A DNA stretch of 64,000 bases from Lama glama (taxonomy: Eukaryota): the NCBI GenBank assembly GCA_028534125.1, contig CM052817.1, positions 32,862,001 through 32,926,000 on the forward strand, given 5' to 3'. A model generated the notes under the pieces. That model was not told where the DNA came from and did no database searches. It worked only from the letters and a program-made list of their open reading frames with translations. The number at the start of each line of letters is the position of its first letter. The stretch's first letter is position 1. Positions 51,411 through 64,000 of the stretch are shown here, piece by piece. Both the position numbers and the translations under genes were made by a program.

Positions 51411-52237
51411 GGAAAGATGAAGGAAAAGGATCAGAGGCTCAAATGTGTTGGAAAGAAAGGAAGCTATTCGCAGCCTTAGTTTTTCAATCTGTCATTTTCA
51501 TTTGCTCTCCCTAAAGTCCAATAAATAACAGGAAGACATTTTATAACGTTGGAAGGACACTGCGGCTATATACACATGCTCAGAGAGGTGGGAAAGGTAG
51601 GGAAACGAGGAAAAGTGGGCCAGCAGCTCCGGGGGGCAGACGTGATAAAACATTTTTTCAAAATAGCAAAAGGTTTCTAGGGGAAAAAAACACATGCAAA
51701 CAAGTCTACAAAACCGTTGAACCTGGATGATTAGCCAGGTTTTTGGAGACAGGCTACAGAAAACAACTGATAGCGTCTTAATGGACATGAACTCAAAACT
51801 TTAAATAATGGAATGTGACAGGCCAAAAAGTCCAAGAGAAGTGTTTTCCAATTGCCTATAATTTCATTGTGAGGCAGAATGACCTGCTTGATTTAGCCAA
51901 AATTTAAATGAGCTGCCTCTACATACTTTCTCATTTGATGGTGCCTATCACGTCCTGATGCAGCAATCTAAGTCCTGACGTGAAGGCCTGGGTCTCAGTA
52001 GCAGCTCCCAGAAGCGCAGCACGGATTAGAATGGTTTTCCTTTGTACTCTGAACCTCACCTCCCAATGACCTTTGACAAACCTGCCATCGTCCATAAGTG
52101 GCTATAAACTCCTGCTTCTTGCAAACTATGATTTTCTTCTTGTATCAGCTCTAGAAGTAATAAGTTTCACATTGTCAGGAAGCACTTCCTCTGTCTGGGA
52201 CTAACTTTCTTCCAGGAACCTTAAAGATTTTGGAGTC

Positions 52238-52690
52238 CAGTCTTCCCAAAGCATTTCCTTTCTTTCTTTTTCTTTTTTTAAAAATTAAACTGTGTGTGTG
52301 TGGTAATTAGGTTTATTTATTTATTTTCTTTTTAAATGTTGGTGCTGGGGATTGAACCCAGGACCTCATGCATGCTGAGCACTTGCTCTACCACTGACCT
52401 CTACCCTCTCCCCAACAAAAAGCACTTTCAAAAGTCCTCATAGGCATTATATGAACAAACGGTTCTACGGTCAAACAAGTTTGGGAAATACTGCTTAAGA
52501 GCCACAAAAATCAAAGAGGTTTTCCTTAAGGATGGACTTCCGAGAGCTTTTAATATCAAACACAAATGGTGAATCTCCTGGAAGAAGTTATGGTATGGAT
52601 TTTCAAAATTACTTGGCCAAAGAATAACTGTTTCTCAGTAAGCACCTTGTAGGCCAGGTGTGCTACTGAATACACTTTGGAAGGTGGATT
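52238..52690. mobile_element. MER103C-like hAT DNA transposon, interrupted by SINE copy 7
   Basis: cagtcttcccaaag...[SINE]...ggtcaaacaagtttgggaaatactg...ggacttccgagagctttaatat...gtgaatctcc. Confidence 0.65.
52258..52418 (-). mobile_element. tRNA-derived SINE (vic-1-like), copy 7, long-tail form
   Basis: ggtaattaggtttatttat...ctggggattgaacccaggacctcatgcatgctgagcacttgctctaccactga; flanked by AAAGCA(T/C)TT on both sides. Confidence 0.88.
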
Positions 52691-52829
52691 ACAAAAGAAG
52701 AAACTGGAGCCTGAAGAGAGGAAATGTCTTGCTCCAGGCTTCCCCATCGCTATGGCTCTCTCCTGCTGCTAGTAATACTGAGCGTTAGTGCTGACCTTGT
52801 ACATAACCTTCTTTTATAGACACAACTAG

Positions 52830-53060
52830 TCTCAACCTCCATTTCTACAGACTGAAGAATCTCAACCTTTTTGTTTTTTCCTAATGTGGCACGTGTCCTC
52901 TCTCACCATCACCTTTGCTCCCCTTTATCATTCTCTGAAACTTGCCCAATTCTAAACTATTTTTCTTGAGGAACAAGGCCAGGAATGGCACACACATTCC
53001 AGGTGGGAACACAGGATGGCTCTGTGCATGCTTTCAGTCTCGCTTCTTGTAACTTTCCCA
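52830..53060 (-). mobile_element. L3/CR1 LINE fragment
   Basis: ttctctgaaacttgcccaattc...tttttcttgaggaacaaggccaggaatggcacacacattccagg resembles the antisense CR1/L3 ORF2 3' region. Confidence 0.5.
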
Positions 53061-55462
53061 AGGCCCCAACATTTCGTTGGCCTTCTGGCCTCCAGGAGCT
53101 GGTGCTCCCTGTACTTTCTGGGGCTGCACTGATAGCTTGGAGCACATCGTCTTCTAAGTCAAGGGCTTAAGTTTCATTTCCTGCCCTAGATTAGGCTGGA
53201 GACCATCTAGCCTACCTCGTATCTCCCACAGTGTCCAGCCTCCCACATGATTACTGAGTCCCCAGAAGTCCTGCATTTGCTTCACTGAGTTAATATTTCA
53301 GAAGTTTCATCCCTAATTATCCTGCTTTTGCCCCAAAGAAAATACATTCACTACATTTCTATAGCTTAGCAGGATCTTATGATGTTTACCCTTGACAGTT
53401 AACTTTGGAATTAGGCCAAATTTGCAGTTATTTTCTTCGAATGACTTATAAATATTTTCTATAAACTGTTTCTTAGGGCCTTGTACTGCTTTTTCCAGAT
53501 GCAACAGAGATTTATGTCCAATTAGAAGGTTGCCTTTAAAATGAATAATGGCTTTTACACAACAGCGAAGATGCTGGCAATTAAAAGAACAACAGCTAGA
53601 CAAACAGGTTTGTGTTTTTAGATGCAGACACACCGAGTTCTGCTGAACGTCAAGGCTGAACTGGGGGTCCAGCTGCTTCTTCCACTGCAGTGATGAGGAC
53701 AGAACATTCTTGGCAGGAAGTCCTGTCCTTGGGGGCAAGTTGCCTTTAAATTAGACCTCCCAATCCCCAGCATAGTTCTGGGTTCAGCGTAGATGCTCAA
53801 TAAACATTTCTTAAAGGGATAAATGACTGAATAAAGGAATGAACAGTGAACAAAGAAACATTCTGGAAAAGATTTATCTTAGGCATGGCGTTGGTCTCAG
53901 CTCCTAAGCATGAGTTTTCAGTTCCCTCTGTTCTTTTTTCCATTTTTTGGGATCCAGCCCCTCCAACACATCCTTTGTACTCTGAGGACATTTCTCAGGT
54001 CCCCAAACAGCAGGCTAGTTAGCCACATCTTTAGATAATGAAAATGTAAAACGTCCCCACTTCTTTTGTTCTAAGGAGAATTAAGGCCATAAAAGCATTA
54101 ATGGCAAACCCTTCAAAAGGCCTTCAGGAAATAAAGGTGACATTTGTTTCTACAGAGGACCTTGAAAAACTATTCAGTTCAAACATTGTTCTAAAGCATT
54201 AAGTATGTCTACTTTCATATTCACATTTGGACTCTATTTTTCCTTCTTTCAAAGCAAAAAAGACAACAGAATATTATGTGTGTCAATTCATGGAATGGTT
54301 ATTATACTGTATCTGTTTCTAAGAGGATATTGTTATGAGGCTGTGCTCATAATAGAATGTTCATTTTAAATCCCTCTGCACCTTATGAATTTCACTCCAT
54401 CTTAGCTTTTCTCCCCTCAAGAAGTCATGCAGGTTCCTTTAATAATCCCAGTAAATAGCTCCAGCCTTCCACAGCTGCAGAGGTTTACTGTCCTGGGAGA
54501 TTTTCAATGTTACAATTCATGCTTCCAATCAAAACAGTGACAGAGTTGACATGATTTACGGAGGAGAAGGACTTGATTAGGGACTAGCACACTAGCGAGT
54601 AAATATTAAACAACTACGGGGAATTTTTAATATGCAGTGCTCTCTTCGTTCACAACAACTAGCCAGAAATAATTTCCTGTGCCACAACTAAGCGAAATGG
54701 AAGCTTGTTTCTAAGGTTCCTTGCTGCATGTTGTACACATTTCAGCAAAGCAGCCTTCACCTAGGAGAGGCGCTGGTTCCTTAAACAGCTCCATCCTTCT
54801 CATTTCAAATGGAAACCAGCTGCCCTTCTAACTGTAATGAGAACACCTATCCAGGAGGTTGAAGACGCCTCACTGGGAAATGCATCAAGCTTCTTTATCG
54901 GGGTTAAAGTTTGCCTGCAGTGAATTTTCAGTGACAGCCTGTGACCCGGAATTTCAATTCCTTGATGCTTTCAGAGCATATTTCTTCCTCTCTGGAGGTA
55001 AAAAATCAGCACATAATACACTATGAATTGGGAGCCAAAACAGACGTTGATTTTAGGGGAGAGAAAAAGATTCTGGAAAGACAAATCTGGGGATTTTTCC
55101 ATTGAGAATTAAGTAATTTTGAAAATCAATTGTAGGCTTTTTTTTTTTAATGACTTAACTCCTTCACGGGGCTGATTTGAGAACACCCATGCCTCCACTC
55201 TCTGCCCTCAAATTTCCAAAAATAACAGCAACAATGATCCTGGTAGAAGTCAAAGGGTCAATGGATCCTAAAATGGCTTTCAGGCTCAACTATGCACCGT
55301 CAACAAGAAAGGTCCAGCCATGTTATGATGAATCACTCCTTGACGAGAGATCAAACCATAAAATTGAACAACTGCGTAGTTTATACTATGAACTGCATGA
55401 CTTAAATCTCAATGGGGTTAGTTTGAAATTGAGAAAGGTTGGGATATCTTATTAGCATAAAA

Positions 55463-55463
<1 letters not shown>

Positions 55464-55494
<31 letters not shown>
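55464..55494. repeat. (CA)n microsatellite
   Basis: About 15 CA units. Confidence 0.95.
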
Positions 55495-55496
<2 letters not shown>

Positions 55497-55730
55497 CAAA
55501 GGCAGAGGCGGTGGCTGCAGACTGTGCTGTGACCGTGGTCATGGAGGTTGTCCTCTGTGGTGGGCTTCAGTTTCCAGAAGCACCCAGGGCTATTTGTCTG
55601 GCCAGGGACCACTCCGATAGACTTTTTGATACAGTTCTTAAAACAAGGTTAAAAAAAGAATACTCTCTCTCTCTTTGTTTTTGTTTCTTTGTTCATGTAC
55701 AATAAAACTGGTACTCCTTTCTGCCCCACT

Positions 55731-55793
55731 GAATTTTTGCAGCTTCTTCGAAGAGCCAAACTAATGCCTTTCGGGAGCTGCTCACAAAAATTC
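55731..55793. other. 63-nt imperfect inverted repeat (hairpin) of unknown function
   Basis: GAATTTTTG/CAAAAATTC, CAGCT/AGCTG and CGAAG/TTTCG stems with a 9-nt loop; about 23 pairs by hand folding. Confidence 0.6.
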
Positions 55794-57039
55794 TGTCTGC
55801 GTTTAGGGAGTTAATTGACATCTATTAGTTTTGCTCAGATTCTCTCTCCTTCCACCTCGCTGTCCCCTGCTTTTTTTTTTTTTTGAGAGAAAGCTAATGA
55901 AAACCATGTTTATGTGCTCAAAGGCACAGAGGAAATTCATTACTCTGAGGAATAGCACACTCCACAAGTGAAATGAAAGTAATCTTATTTATGACAGGAA
56001 GGGGCCCCACTAGACTGAACGCCACCACACTTAGGCTGTTACAGGGCTCCCGCGCCCAGTCCGAACGGCGGCCTTGAGGACAACGGACACATCTGCAGTC
56101 CGTGCTGGAAAACTGTTAGAAGCTGCTCCCTCCCTCAGGACAGCCACCCCATAGAACCAAGGAAAGGAATCTTTTTAGAATGGACTATTCTTCCTTGTAC
56201 CTTCCTGTACTTTTCTGGGACTCCTTGTGACCAAATTTCAAAAAGCCTTTGAAATCGTAAGTTCATGGCATTGATCAAGCTCTGGCCTGTAAGTACAGAT
56301 ACTCTAGTTTTGTGGCCTAATTCTCTTACTATACAGGTTTTCCACTGTGGATTCATGGGCCATTTCCCAGGTAAATAAATAATGGCACTGTTTGAGTAAC
56401 ACGTTTTCACAACAATTGTCCACTTCTGCCCTTGCAGACAATTCTGCCTTTCTTTCTTGAAAATCCCATCAACAGTAAATAGGTTTCTCATTTAACTACT
56501 AGGTTTTCCTTCACTGTGTTTTTTCTCCATTTAGTCAACAAAAATCATTTAGGTTTTGTGTGCTAGAGGCGGTTGGGGGGGCAACCTCTTCACTTTGTCT
56601 TCTAAACGCCTCATGAGCATTTTACAAAATCTTAATAAACATTATGTGAAATGTTGGCAGTAAAAAGATGGTTTTATAGTATTTACGGTGTGGCTTCCTA
56701 GAACAACTTTTGCTGTAAGCTCCTCTGAGACCATCAGGCCCAACCCCTGGTTTATAAATGAGTAAACAGGCTCAAGGGAAGATCCTAGACTGTATATCTT
56801 CCTTTTTATTAAAAAAAAACAACTTTCCTATACTCCAGGAGACTTCCCATGTTTACCACGGACGGAAAGGACACGCTTGCAATCTATGCAATGAGGGGTT
56901 TCTGTTCCTTTCATCTAGATGAGAAGGGTTTGTCTCTTCTTCCAGCACAAAATAAAAAGGGTCAACTAAAGAAAATCTGGTTTTCTGATGTCACGTACAG
57001 AGACACAGTACCAGAGAACCACTGGAAATTAATTAACTA

Positions 57040-57270
57040 GTTTGAGCAACACATCTTTATTAAGCCTCGAAGTGCCAAGCAAGTACAAGGCCCTGGAGGA
57101 AACAGTCACGCACCCTTCCCCCTACAGCTCCCAGTCGTGGAGGGCAGACGGGCAGGTAAGCAGGTGAGCGAGGTTACAACACGGTGTGACAGGTGCTAGC
57201 AGTGGGGAGCACGGAGCGCTAAGAGAGAGAGAAGGCTCCTCCAGGAGGAGGGAGGAGTTGGTCTGGACAC
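57040..57270 (-). mobile_element. L2 3' fragment
   Basis: caacacatctttattaagcctcgaagtgccaagc...gcacccttccccctacagctcccagtcgtgg...gaaggctcctccaggag. Confidence 0.6.
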
Positions 57271-58369
57271 AGAGTGGCCGTGACTGTACCAGGCAGAAGA
57301 AACAACTTTCATAAAAATCTGGAGAAGAAAGTTTCAGAGTTTTTGATAAGTCAGTGTCACTGGCCCACGCTGGGTGGGGCTGGGGAGGGTAGGTCAGAAA
57401 GGGATTATAGTCAAGAGTCTCTGATTTTAACTGGCCACACCTAAAATCCAAGCGTTCCTTCCTTGCCTTGCCCCAAATGAACGTTTTTCAGTGTGGTATG
57501 TAACATTATTAGACCAACTATTCTCTCCTGTAATCCAAGACACTGTTCGCAGCCTGGCTTTACAATACACAAAGGTGCTTCCACTTCCTTAAAAAGGCCT
57601 TGGATTCAACTCATGCATTTATCAAGCACCTCAGAGGCACCACACTCTCCCCATCTCAGCCCTGTGTGTGTTCAGCCCTGGATTAGAGTGCAGATCACCT
57701 GCATCAGGGCTCCCTCGGTCTCCCCATGATGTCCGGGGAGGACTGTCTTACCCACTCCACTAATCCTAGCACAATGCCAAACACACAGTAGGAGATTAAT
57801 AAATGTGTGTTAAATGATAGAGGTGTTTGGTAGGATTTAACTCAATTCTCAAAATACAGTTAAATGCACCTTTTAAAAAAATATTTCCTACATAGCACGT
57901 TTCAGTGCAGATGGTCGGTGAGTGGACAATAAAGAAAATGGTTGGGGTGCGGGATCCCTGGTCTCCAAAAAGTAGCATAACTCAGCGTTCCCTGCTATTA
58001 GGGAAATGGGACTATTTTTTCTCTGAGCTTATCGCATTCACTAGCCGATTTTACTGGTGTAGTACTGGGTGGCAGATGTTTTGAATAAAAAGTAGACATT
58101 ACAAGCTAATGATTTAGCAGAACAAGCCAAGAGCCAGCAAGTCAGGAGGGAGAAGAGGAACTATATCACAAAGTCCAGCTATTATAGGGTCTACTGTTTG
58201 TTACCTCAGTTTCTCATGAAGCAAACTCACTATATTTAAGGTAATTTTCAAAGAGTAAGTATAGAAAAACATAGTAATAAAGATGAACCATATACTTGGA
58301 TGGTCAGGACACAGGTCAAGATTATAGATTTTATGCCTCTGATCTACCACTGTTGATCCTTAAACACCT

Positions 58370-58570
58370 ATCATTCATCCAGCATTTACTGAGGACCTAC
58401 TATGTGCCAGGCTCTGTGCTGTGCTTTGGGAAAACAGAGGTGAGGAACATAACAGCTCTGCTTTGGAATTTATAACCTAGTAAGGGATACAGAAAAGTAA
58501 GTTAAAAAAATTTATAACCAATCTAACTTTGGAGGAAGCAGCATGAGAGTCAGAGCAGGCTTCCCAGAAG
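58370..58570 (-). mobile_element. L2 3' end
   Basis: tcattcatccagcatttactgaggacctactatgtgccaggctctgtgctgtgctttggg. Confidence 0.8.
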
Positions 58571-59975
58571 AAACAAAATCTCTCAAAGGCATGTTATCAA
58601 TCATTGAGTGGTTCGGATAAAATTTTAAAAGCTGATCAGCACAGGTCTCCCACCGTGACTAGAAAAATATCTCAAGTAGAATGCTCGCTAACAGTGGCTC
58701 ATCTTCCAAGATGGTCAAATAGCTCTATGTGCTCTCAGAAGCTTTGTATCATACTACGTCGTCAAGTAAAATGTTTATGAAAATATATTTTGGGTTTAAA
58801 AACGTATTAAGTTTGGGGGGGCGGGGAATGGAGAGAAACTGGTAAACAGCTTGGATACTTTCATCTTGCTTCTGTAGTAACCTGTTGTGGCCACGGAGAG
58901 GCGCTCTGGGTTAAAGAATGAGTGGGTTCTCTTTCCCACTCTACATTCTTCCTCTGCTCTACCAGGGGCTTTCAGAGAGCAACGTGGGTTTATCTACCAT
59001 CAGGAAGGCCAGCAGCTCTTAGAGGAAAGCAGATGTTTGTCCAGCACAAAGTACAGATGTTTTTGACTGAAGTTCCAAACTAAATCTTATTATTTCCAGG
59101 AAGAATTAAACGAAGGTGGAGACTGCTTCGTAAGAGAGGGGGCTTCTATTACTAAAAATAACCATTTTTCTCACTCAATCACCTCTGGGGGTAGAACGGA
59201 CAAATAAGTAAAGCAAACAAACAAAACTAAAACAGTAAACAATAATAACAACAAAAGACAACAAAACCCCTCACAAAATAAAACAAAGCTGAGGAGTAAT
59301 GAGAACATTTTCAAAAAGGACACACTACTGGAAGCAGCTCTGGCAGTATTCCCCTTGGTGTTGGTTTCGGATCATTCTGTTCAAATAGGAGTCTTCTTTA
59401 ACCTTCATCCTGAACCAGTCAATAATCCAATGTTTGTAACATTACAGACAGTTGCCATGGAAATAAATCTGATGTCACAGAATTAGCTTTTTGGGTATCA
59501 TCCTGGATCATATAGGAGCAGAAAGCAAGACAGTCACATCTGCCCTGTGCTAGCATTCTCATTTGTTAGGGGTCAGGAAAATAATACTATACAAACTGTA
59601 TACTGTTACAATATGAACCTTTAAAAAGTTTTCAAAATCTTTACGTGGATTTTTCAAAACTCTGGTGCTTCACTGTGGAAAAAATTTGATTTAATTATCT
59701 GCTGTTTATAGGATTTATGAAATAAGCTATGGCCAAGGTTTCTACTTTTATTTATTTATGTATTATTTTTTATTGACGTGCAGAATTTTTATTTATCTAA
59801 AACTCCTGAACTCTTTAGCCGTCAGTGGGTATTATAAATCCTCTTCGTACTAGACAAAGTAAATGAATTGTGTTAGAGAGGAGTAAAAAGTTCTCATTAG
59901 AAGATAAGTAAAGAAAATGTGTACTTGTCACTTTGAGGAACACTTAATTTTAAATTAGGTTTATATGGATTTTTT

Positions 59976-60064
59976 CCCTGCCTTAACAGAGGCACTGGGG
60001 ATTGAACCCAGGACCTCATGCTTGCGAGCATGCGCTCTACCACTGGGCTGTACCTCCCACCTCC
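59976..60064 (-). mobile_element. tRNA-derived SINE (vic-1-like), copy 8, alternative-tail form
   Basis: ccctgccttaacagaggcactggggattgaacccaggacctcatgc...ctctaccactgggctgtacc; flanked by GGATTTTTT on both sides. Confidence 0.85.
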
Positions 60065-61049
60065 TAAGGATTTTTTTTTTTTAAGTCTTTAGGGAATCTG
60101 AAAAAACATGAATCTTTCCCAAGATGGTACTTCAGGACATTAAAAAATGTTCAAAATCATATTCTTTCTCTGCTTCCATCCCCCTTCCCTTCCTAAAAAA
60201 GAGAAAAAGCAAAAGTTCTTGCACAATACTCATGTTTGGGTGGGCACCACTGACTAATTATAACACAATAGGCTATTTTCTGTTTCCTAAAAATAAGGAG
60301 GGCAATTATCCAGGGGTTGGGATGGTTATGCAATGTACCACATGGGCCACACTTCACCCACTGGAAATAAACGTGGAAAACGTTTTCAATCACATCTAAA
60401 AAAACAAGGAGAGAAAAGGTGAATAAAAACTAGCTAAATAAACATGCTGAAATAAAAACACATGAAAGAGTAAAGTAACTCGTCCAAATTCTGCTGCTGA
60501 TGATAATGCTGTTTTGTATCTATATTTAACATGAAAGATTGTTTTAAAAAGTGCTGTATGCATTTTACAAACCTCAATCAAATTGTTAAAAAGTATTTTC
60601 CCCAATCTTCTTTTATCTTCTGAAGTTAAACCAGTGAGATTATGTCAGGATAGGGATTAAAAACTCTCCAACATGAGTAAGATAAGTAAGTTCTTCTAAA
60701 ATTAATTTTTGGGAAAAATAAAGAGTAATTTATTGTAGTTGGGAATCAGGAGACGGAGTTTGAGGTCACCTCTACAACCCATGAGCTCTGCGCCAGGTCA
60801 CTCTAGCTCACTGGTGGGTTTTATCTAAAATGGAATGTTGGACCACATAATTTTTGAGCTTTTTTCTGCTATATCAGCCCTTATATAAAGACCTTATAAC
60901 CAAACCCTTAGAGTTGTAACGTACAAAGATTGGCAAAGAAAATTAGCCAAGGGCTACAGGTTGAGGGCTGGAGAGGCAGCTGGCTAAAGAAAAATTGATT
61001 TCAAAAATCAGTTTTATACCAGTGGTCCTTTACTCGTTACTGATAACCA

Positions 61050-61850
61050 TGGCACCCATGACCACTATCAATTCTTACTCCTCCCACATTTTTTCATTCA
61101 GTCTCCCACTCTCCCAGACCATGACTTCAAACCCTCTCTTCTCCTCAGCCCTCCAACGCCTCCTTCCCCAACCTCACTGCTGGATGGCGGCCGGGCTCCC
61201 TCCTCCACCGAGAAGCAGAGGGCATCAAATCAGCCTTCCATGAGCTCCTGCCTCCCATCTTCCAAGCTCTGCACCTGTGTCCGTGGGACTCTGACTTTCC
61301 TCCTGTTTCGGTGGCTACACTCCCTCTGCTGCCAACAAATACTGAAGTCAAATTGTGTCACTTTTCTGCTCAAAACCCTCTGTGACCCCTCCTGACACCG
61401 AGCCAAAGCCAAAGTCTCTACGAAGGCCATCCAGGTCCTACCCACTCTGCGCTCTGCCACCTCTCCTCCTGGCCCCACTGGTCCCTTCCACCCTCCTGGT
61501 GCTGTTCCTGGAGGAGACCAAGCCAGCCACTGCTTTGGGGCCTCTGCATTGGCCCTTCCCTCTACCTGGCCCCTCATTCCCCTCAACATCGAAAAGGCTC
61601 GCTGCCTTGCTCTCTTCAGGCCTGTTCAAACATCTCCTTTCTAGGGAGGCCTCTCCTGACCATCCATACAAAACAGCACCCCTGCATCCCCCCGTCCCCT
61701 CCCTGCTCCATGCCCCTGCTCTATTTTTCTCCAAAGCTAGTATCGGCACGTGGCATACTATGTATGCATTGTCTTCCCACACCAGAATATAAGCTCTATG
61801 ATGGTAGAGAGTCACTGGGTTTACTCATGGTTCTAATCCCAGGGGCACTC
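61050..61850 (+). mobile_element. L2 LINE 3' region
   Basis: tgtcacttttctgctcaaaaccctc...gggcctctgcattggcccttccctctacctgg...agggaggcctctcctgacc...agaatataagctctatgatggtagag. Confidence 0.8.
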
Positions 61851-62779
61851 ACACTTATGAAAGGTATAATTGATTTCTGTGACCCTGTTAAGCATTTAAG
61901 AAAAAGTTGGTGGAATTTCGATACTGTTGCAGAATGAACCAAGGATTATCAACTAAAATAATTATAAATAAATTGTCCCTAGATGACTAAAATGGAAAAG
62001 GAAATATGTAGAACACATACACCCAGAGAAAGGTAGATCTAAATCTTACAGCACTCTAATGTTGCTCCAAATAACATGAGATCCGAAATTAGGCAAAATT
62101 GTAATGCTTCTGACAAGCATTGCTCCTGACGGCAATAATCCAATGTCCTCACACTTCAGAGGCCAATTTCCTTCTGGTGATTTCTCCCCAATTCATCCTG
62201 AGTGGACAGAATCACTCAAGTCAGAGTGATTTATATTCAGTCAATCAGTTCTCTGTCAGCAGGAAAACTCCACTGGGCTCATGATGTGCAGTTTTCACGC
62301 TTGGAGTTTCCTTTATTGCTTGACAGACATTTCTGGGGAACAGACCCAGTGTATCGACTCTGAAGACCAAACACAACCCTCCCAAGGGACGCTTAGGACA
62401 TATAAATATAACAAAACTCATCCCAGCCTGACTCTGCTCATTAAGAACTATCTAATACATGCCCTCATGCTGGACGCGTCTTAGATTGTGTGTCCATCTT
62501 ACTAGTCTGTAGACTAAGGGCAGCTGTGATGAGGTTTGTGGTTAATAGTCTTTCACACAGTATGTACTAGAGATGGCCAATTATTAAGCAGAGCAGCCTC
62601 TAAAGCTGTAGAAGTGACAGCCCAGATGAATGTTCCAATTCCTACTTGATGAGTAAAGAAAACTACTCGATGCTGAAATGATTTTTGGTCAGTCAGGCTC
62701 TCGCAGACCCACATGACAGGAATAAACGGCAGCACATTTCCTGGGGTACAATGTGACTTCTTTTCACTAGGAGTTTTAA

Positions 62780-63170
62780 AAAGGATTACAGCCTTTGACC
62801 CAGTGATTCTATCTCTATGACTTTACCCTAAGGAAGTAGTCAAAGATAAGGACAAAGATTTATGCACAAGGATGTTTGAAATCTAGAAACAACTAAAATG
62901 TCCAAAAATAGGAAAATGCTTAAAATAAATAATAGTAGATCTTAGAATATAATACAATTATTAAAGGTAACATTTTAAAAATAACTTGGTAAGTATTTCT
63001 GATATCAAAGTTAATTTCTACTTAGGTATATGTATATTTATATAAACACATGCCTATGAATTGAAAAAAAACTTACCAAAATATTTACAGTGCTTATTTC
63101 TGGGTGATGGGATTAAAGTTGATTTAAAATGTTTAGCTTCAGAGCTTTCTACCATAAACACATATTATTT
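62780..63170 (+). mobile_element. Old L1 (L1ME-like) ORF2 end / 3' UTR fragment
   Basis: cctttgacccagtgattctatctctatgactttaccctaaggaa...gaaacaactaaaatgtccaaaaatagg...ttatttctgggtgatgggatta. Confidence 0.75.
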
Positions 63171-64000
63171 AATTTTGAAAAATGCCATTGGCCAATTATA
63201 AAATGACATTTATTACTTCATCATTAGGAGAAGAAATAAGGGGTAAAAATCTCACTTGGACTGCAAGGGATTGGAGAACCTTGACACTAGATAAGCATGT
63301 GATCCTATTAGTGTTGCTGAAATTCTCTCATTCTGTGAGACTTACCACTGGTGTAAAAAAGTCACCTCCAAACAGACGTCCAAACAGACGATACACAGAG
63401 CTGTGCTATTCAGCTGCCCACCCCAGCTTCCCAGCTGGTCCTCTGGGCGGGGGTCACTCACTGATTTAATTTAGATTAATGCGGTAGGTCTTAGGTGGCC
63501 ACTCTGCATTGAATCCCAAGCAATGCTCTTTATTATCATAAAGGACAAGCATCTCAGGAGTTTAAGGTTCAGGCGCAGAAACCGCCATCTACATCTCTGC
63601 CCCTGACTCGCCAAATCACAAGAGTCTGGTGAGTCAACGTGAGAGATTCCAAACACAAAGGTCGATACTGGGCTACTGACCTCTCTGACCCCAGCTCCGA
63701 GCCAAAAACTGCAGTGCAGTTTTTCCTCCCACGCCGAACTATTAGCAACCAGCTCATCTTGCTTGATTCTCTTCCTTGACAACTGTTTTCGAATAGAGAC
63801 TAGTTCTTCTGGTGCCCACACACTAAATTAGCAGGTTGGCGTTTCATGGCTTTTCTTCACTGTACAGGCCTTTAATGTCTTTGCTAATGTTAATTCATAT
63901 TAATTAGGTGATATTCTCTTTCAAGTCAGACCGTGGTACCTCTGAAAATTCATCTGGTCTAGAATGGACCTGAAAAGCCCATTTATACACAGCTTGCAAG

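Noticed and set aside
53313..53738. 141-aa minus-strand ORF (similar cases at 56135-56491 and 63471-63821)
   Set aside because: No recognisable domain and no convincing flanking splice sites; lengths are within chance expectation for 64 kb in six frames.
59100..59129. Possible 30-nt plus-strand microexon (tttccAG|...|GTAAGA)
   Set aside because: Frame-preserving length, but a weak exonic donor context and an unrecognised peptide; indistinguishable from chance without RNA data.

Overview
This is mammalian nuclear genomic DNA, not prokaryotic. It is most likely camelid: eight copies of a short tRNA-derived SINE resembling the Tylopoda vic-1 family are present, plus cetartiodactyl-type L1 3' ends. 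The window reads as intronic or intergenic. I recognise no protein-coding exon, RNA gene or CRISPR array; the longest supplied ORFs are explained by repeats, microsatellites or the two 500-N gaps, and none of the short ones is recognisable. Interspersed repeats dominate: MIR, L2, L3/CR1, old and young L1, hAT and mariner MITEs (MER3, MER103C-like, MER91-like, MADE2-like), and LTRs (MLT1, MER21-like, MamGypLTR-like). The most notable structures are (i) an intact 601-bp ERV1-type solo LTR at 17841-18441 with a GGAC target-site duplication and a hierarchical CCAAT/octamer array, (ii) a 63-nt pre-miRNA-sized hairpin in unique sequence at 55731-55793, (iii) a Meis + Pbx/Hox composite motif in a repeat-poor block, and (iv) a very old reverse-transcriptase fossil. 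I found no evidence of a new multi-gene system. Repeat family names come from recalled consensus sequences, not a database search, and boundaries of old repeats are approximate.
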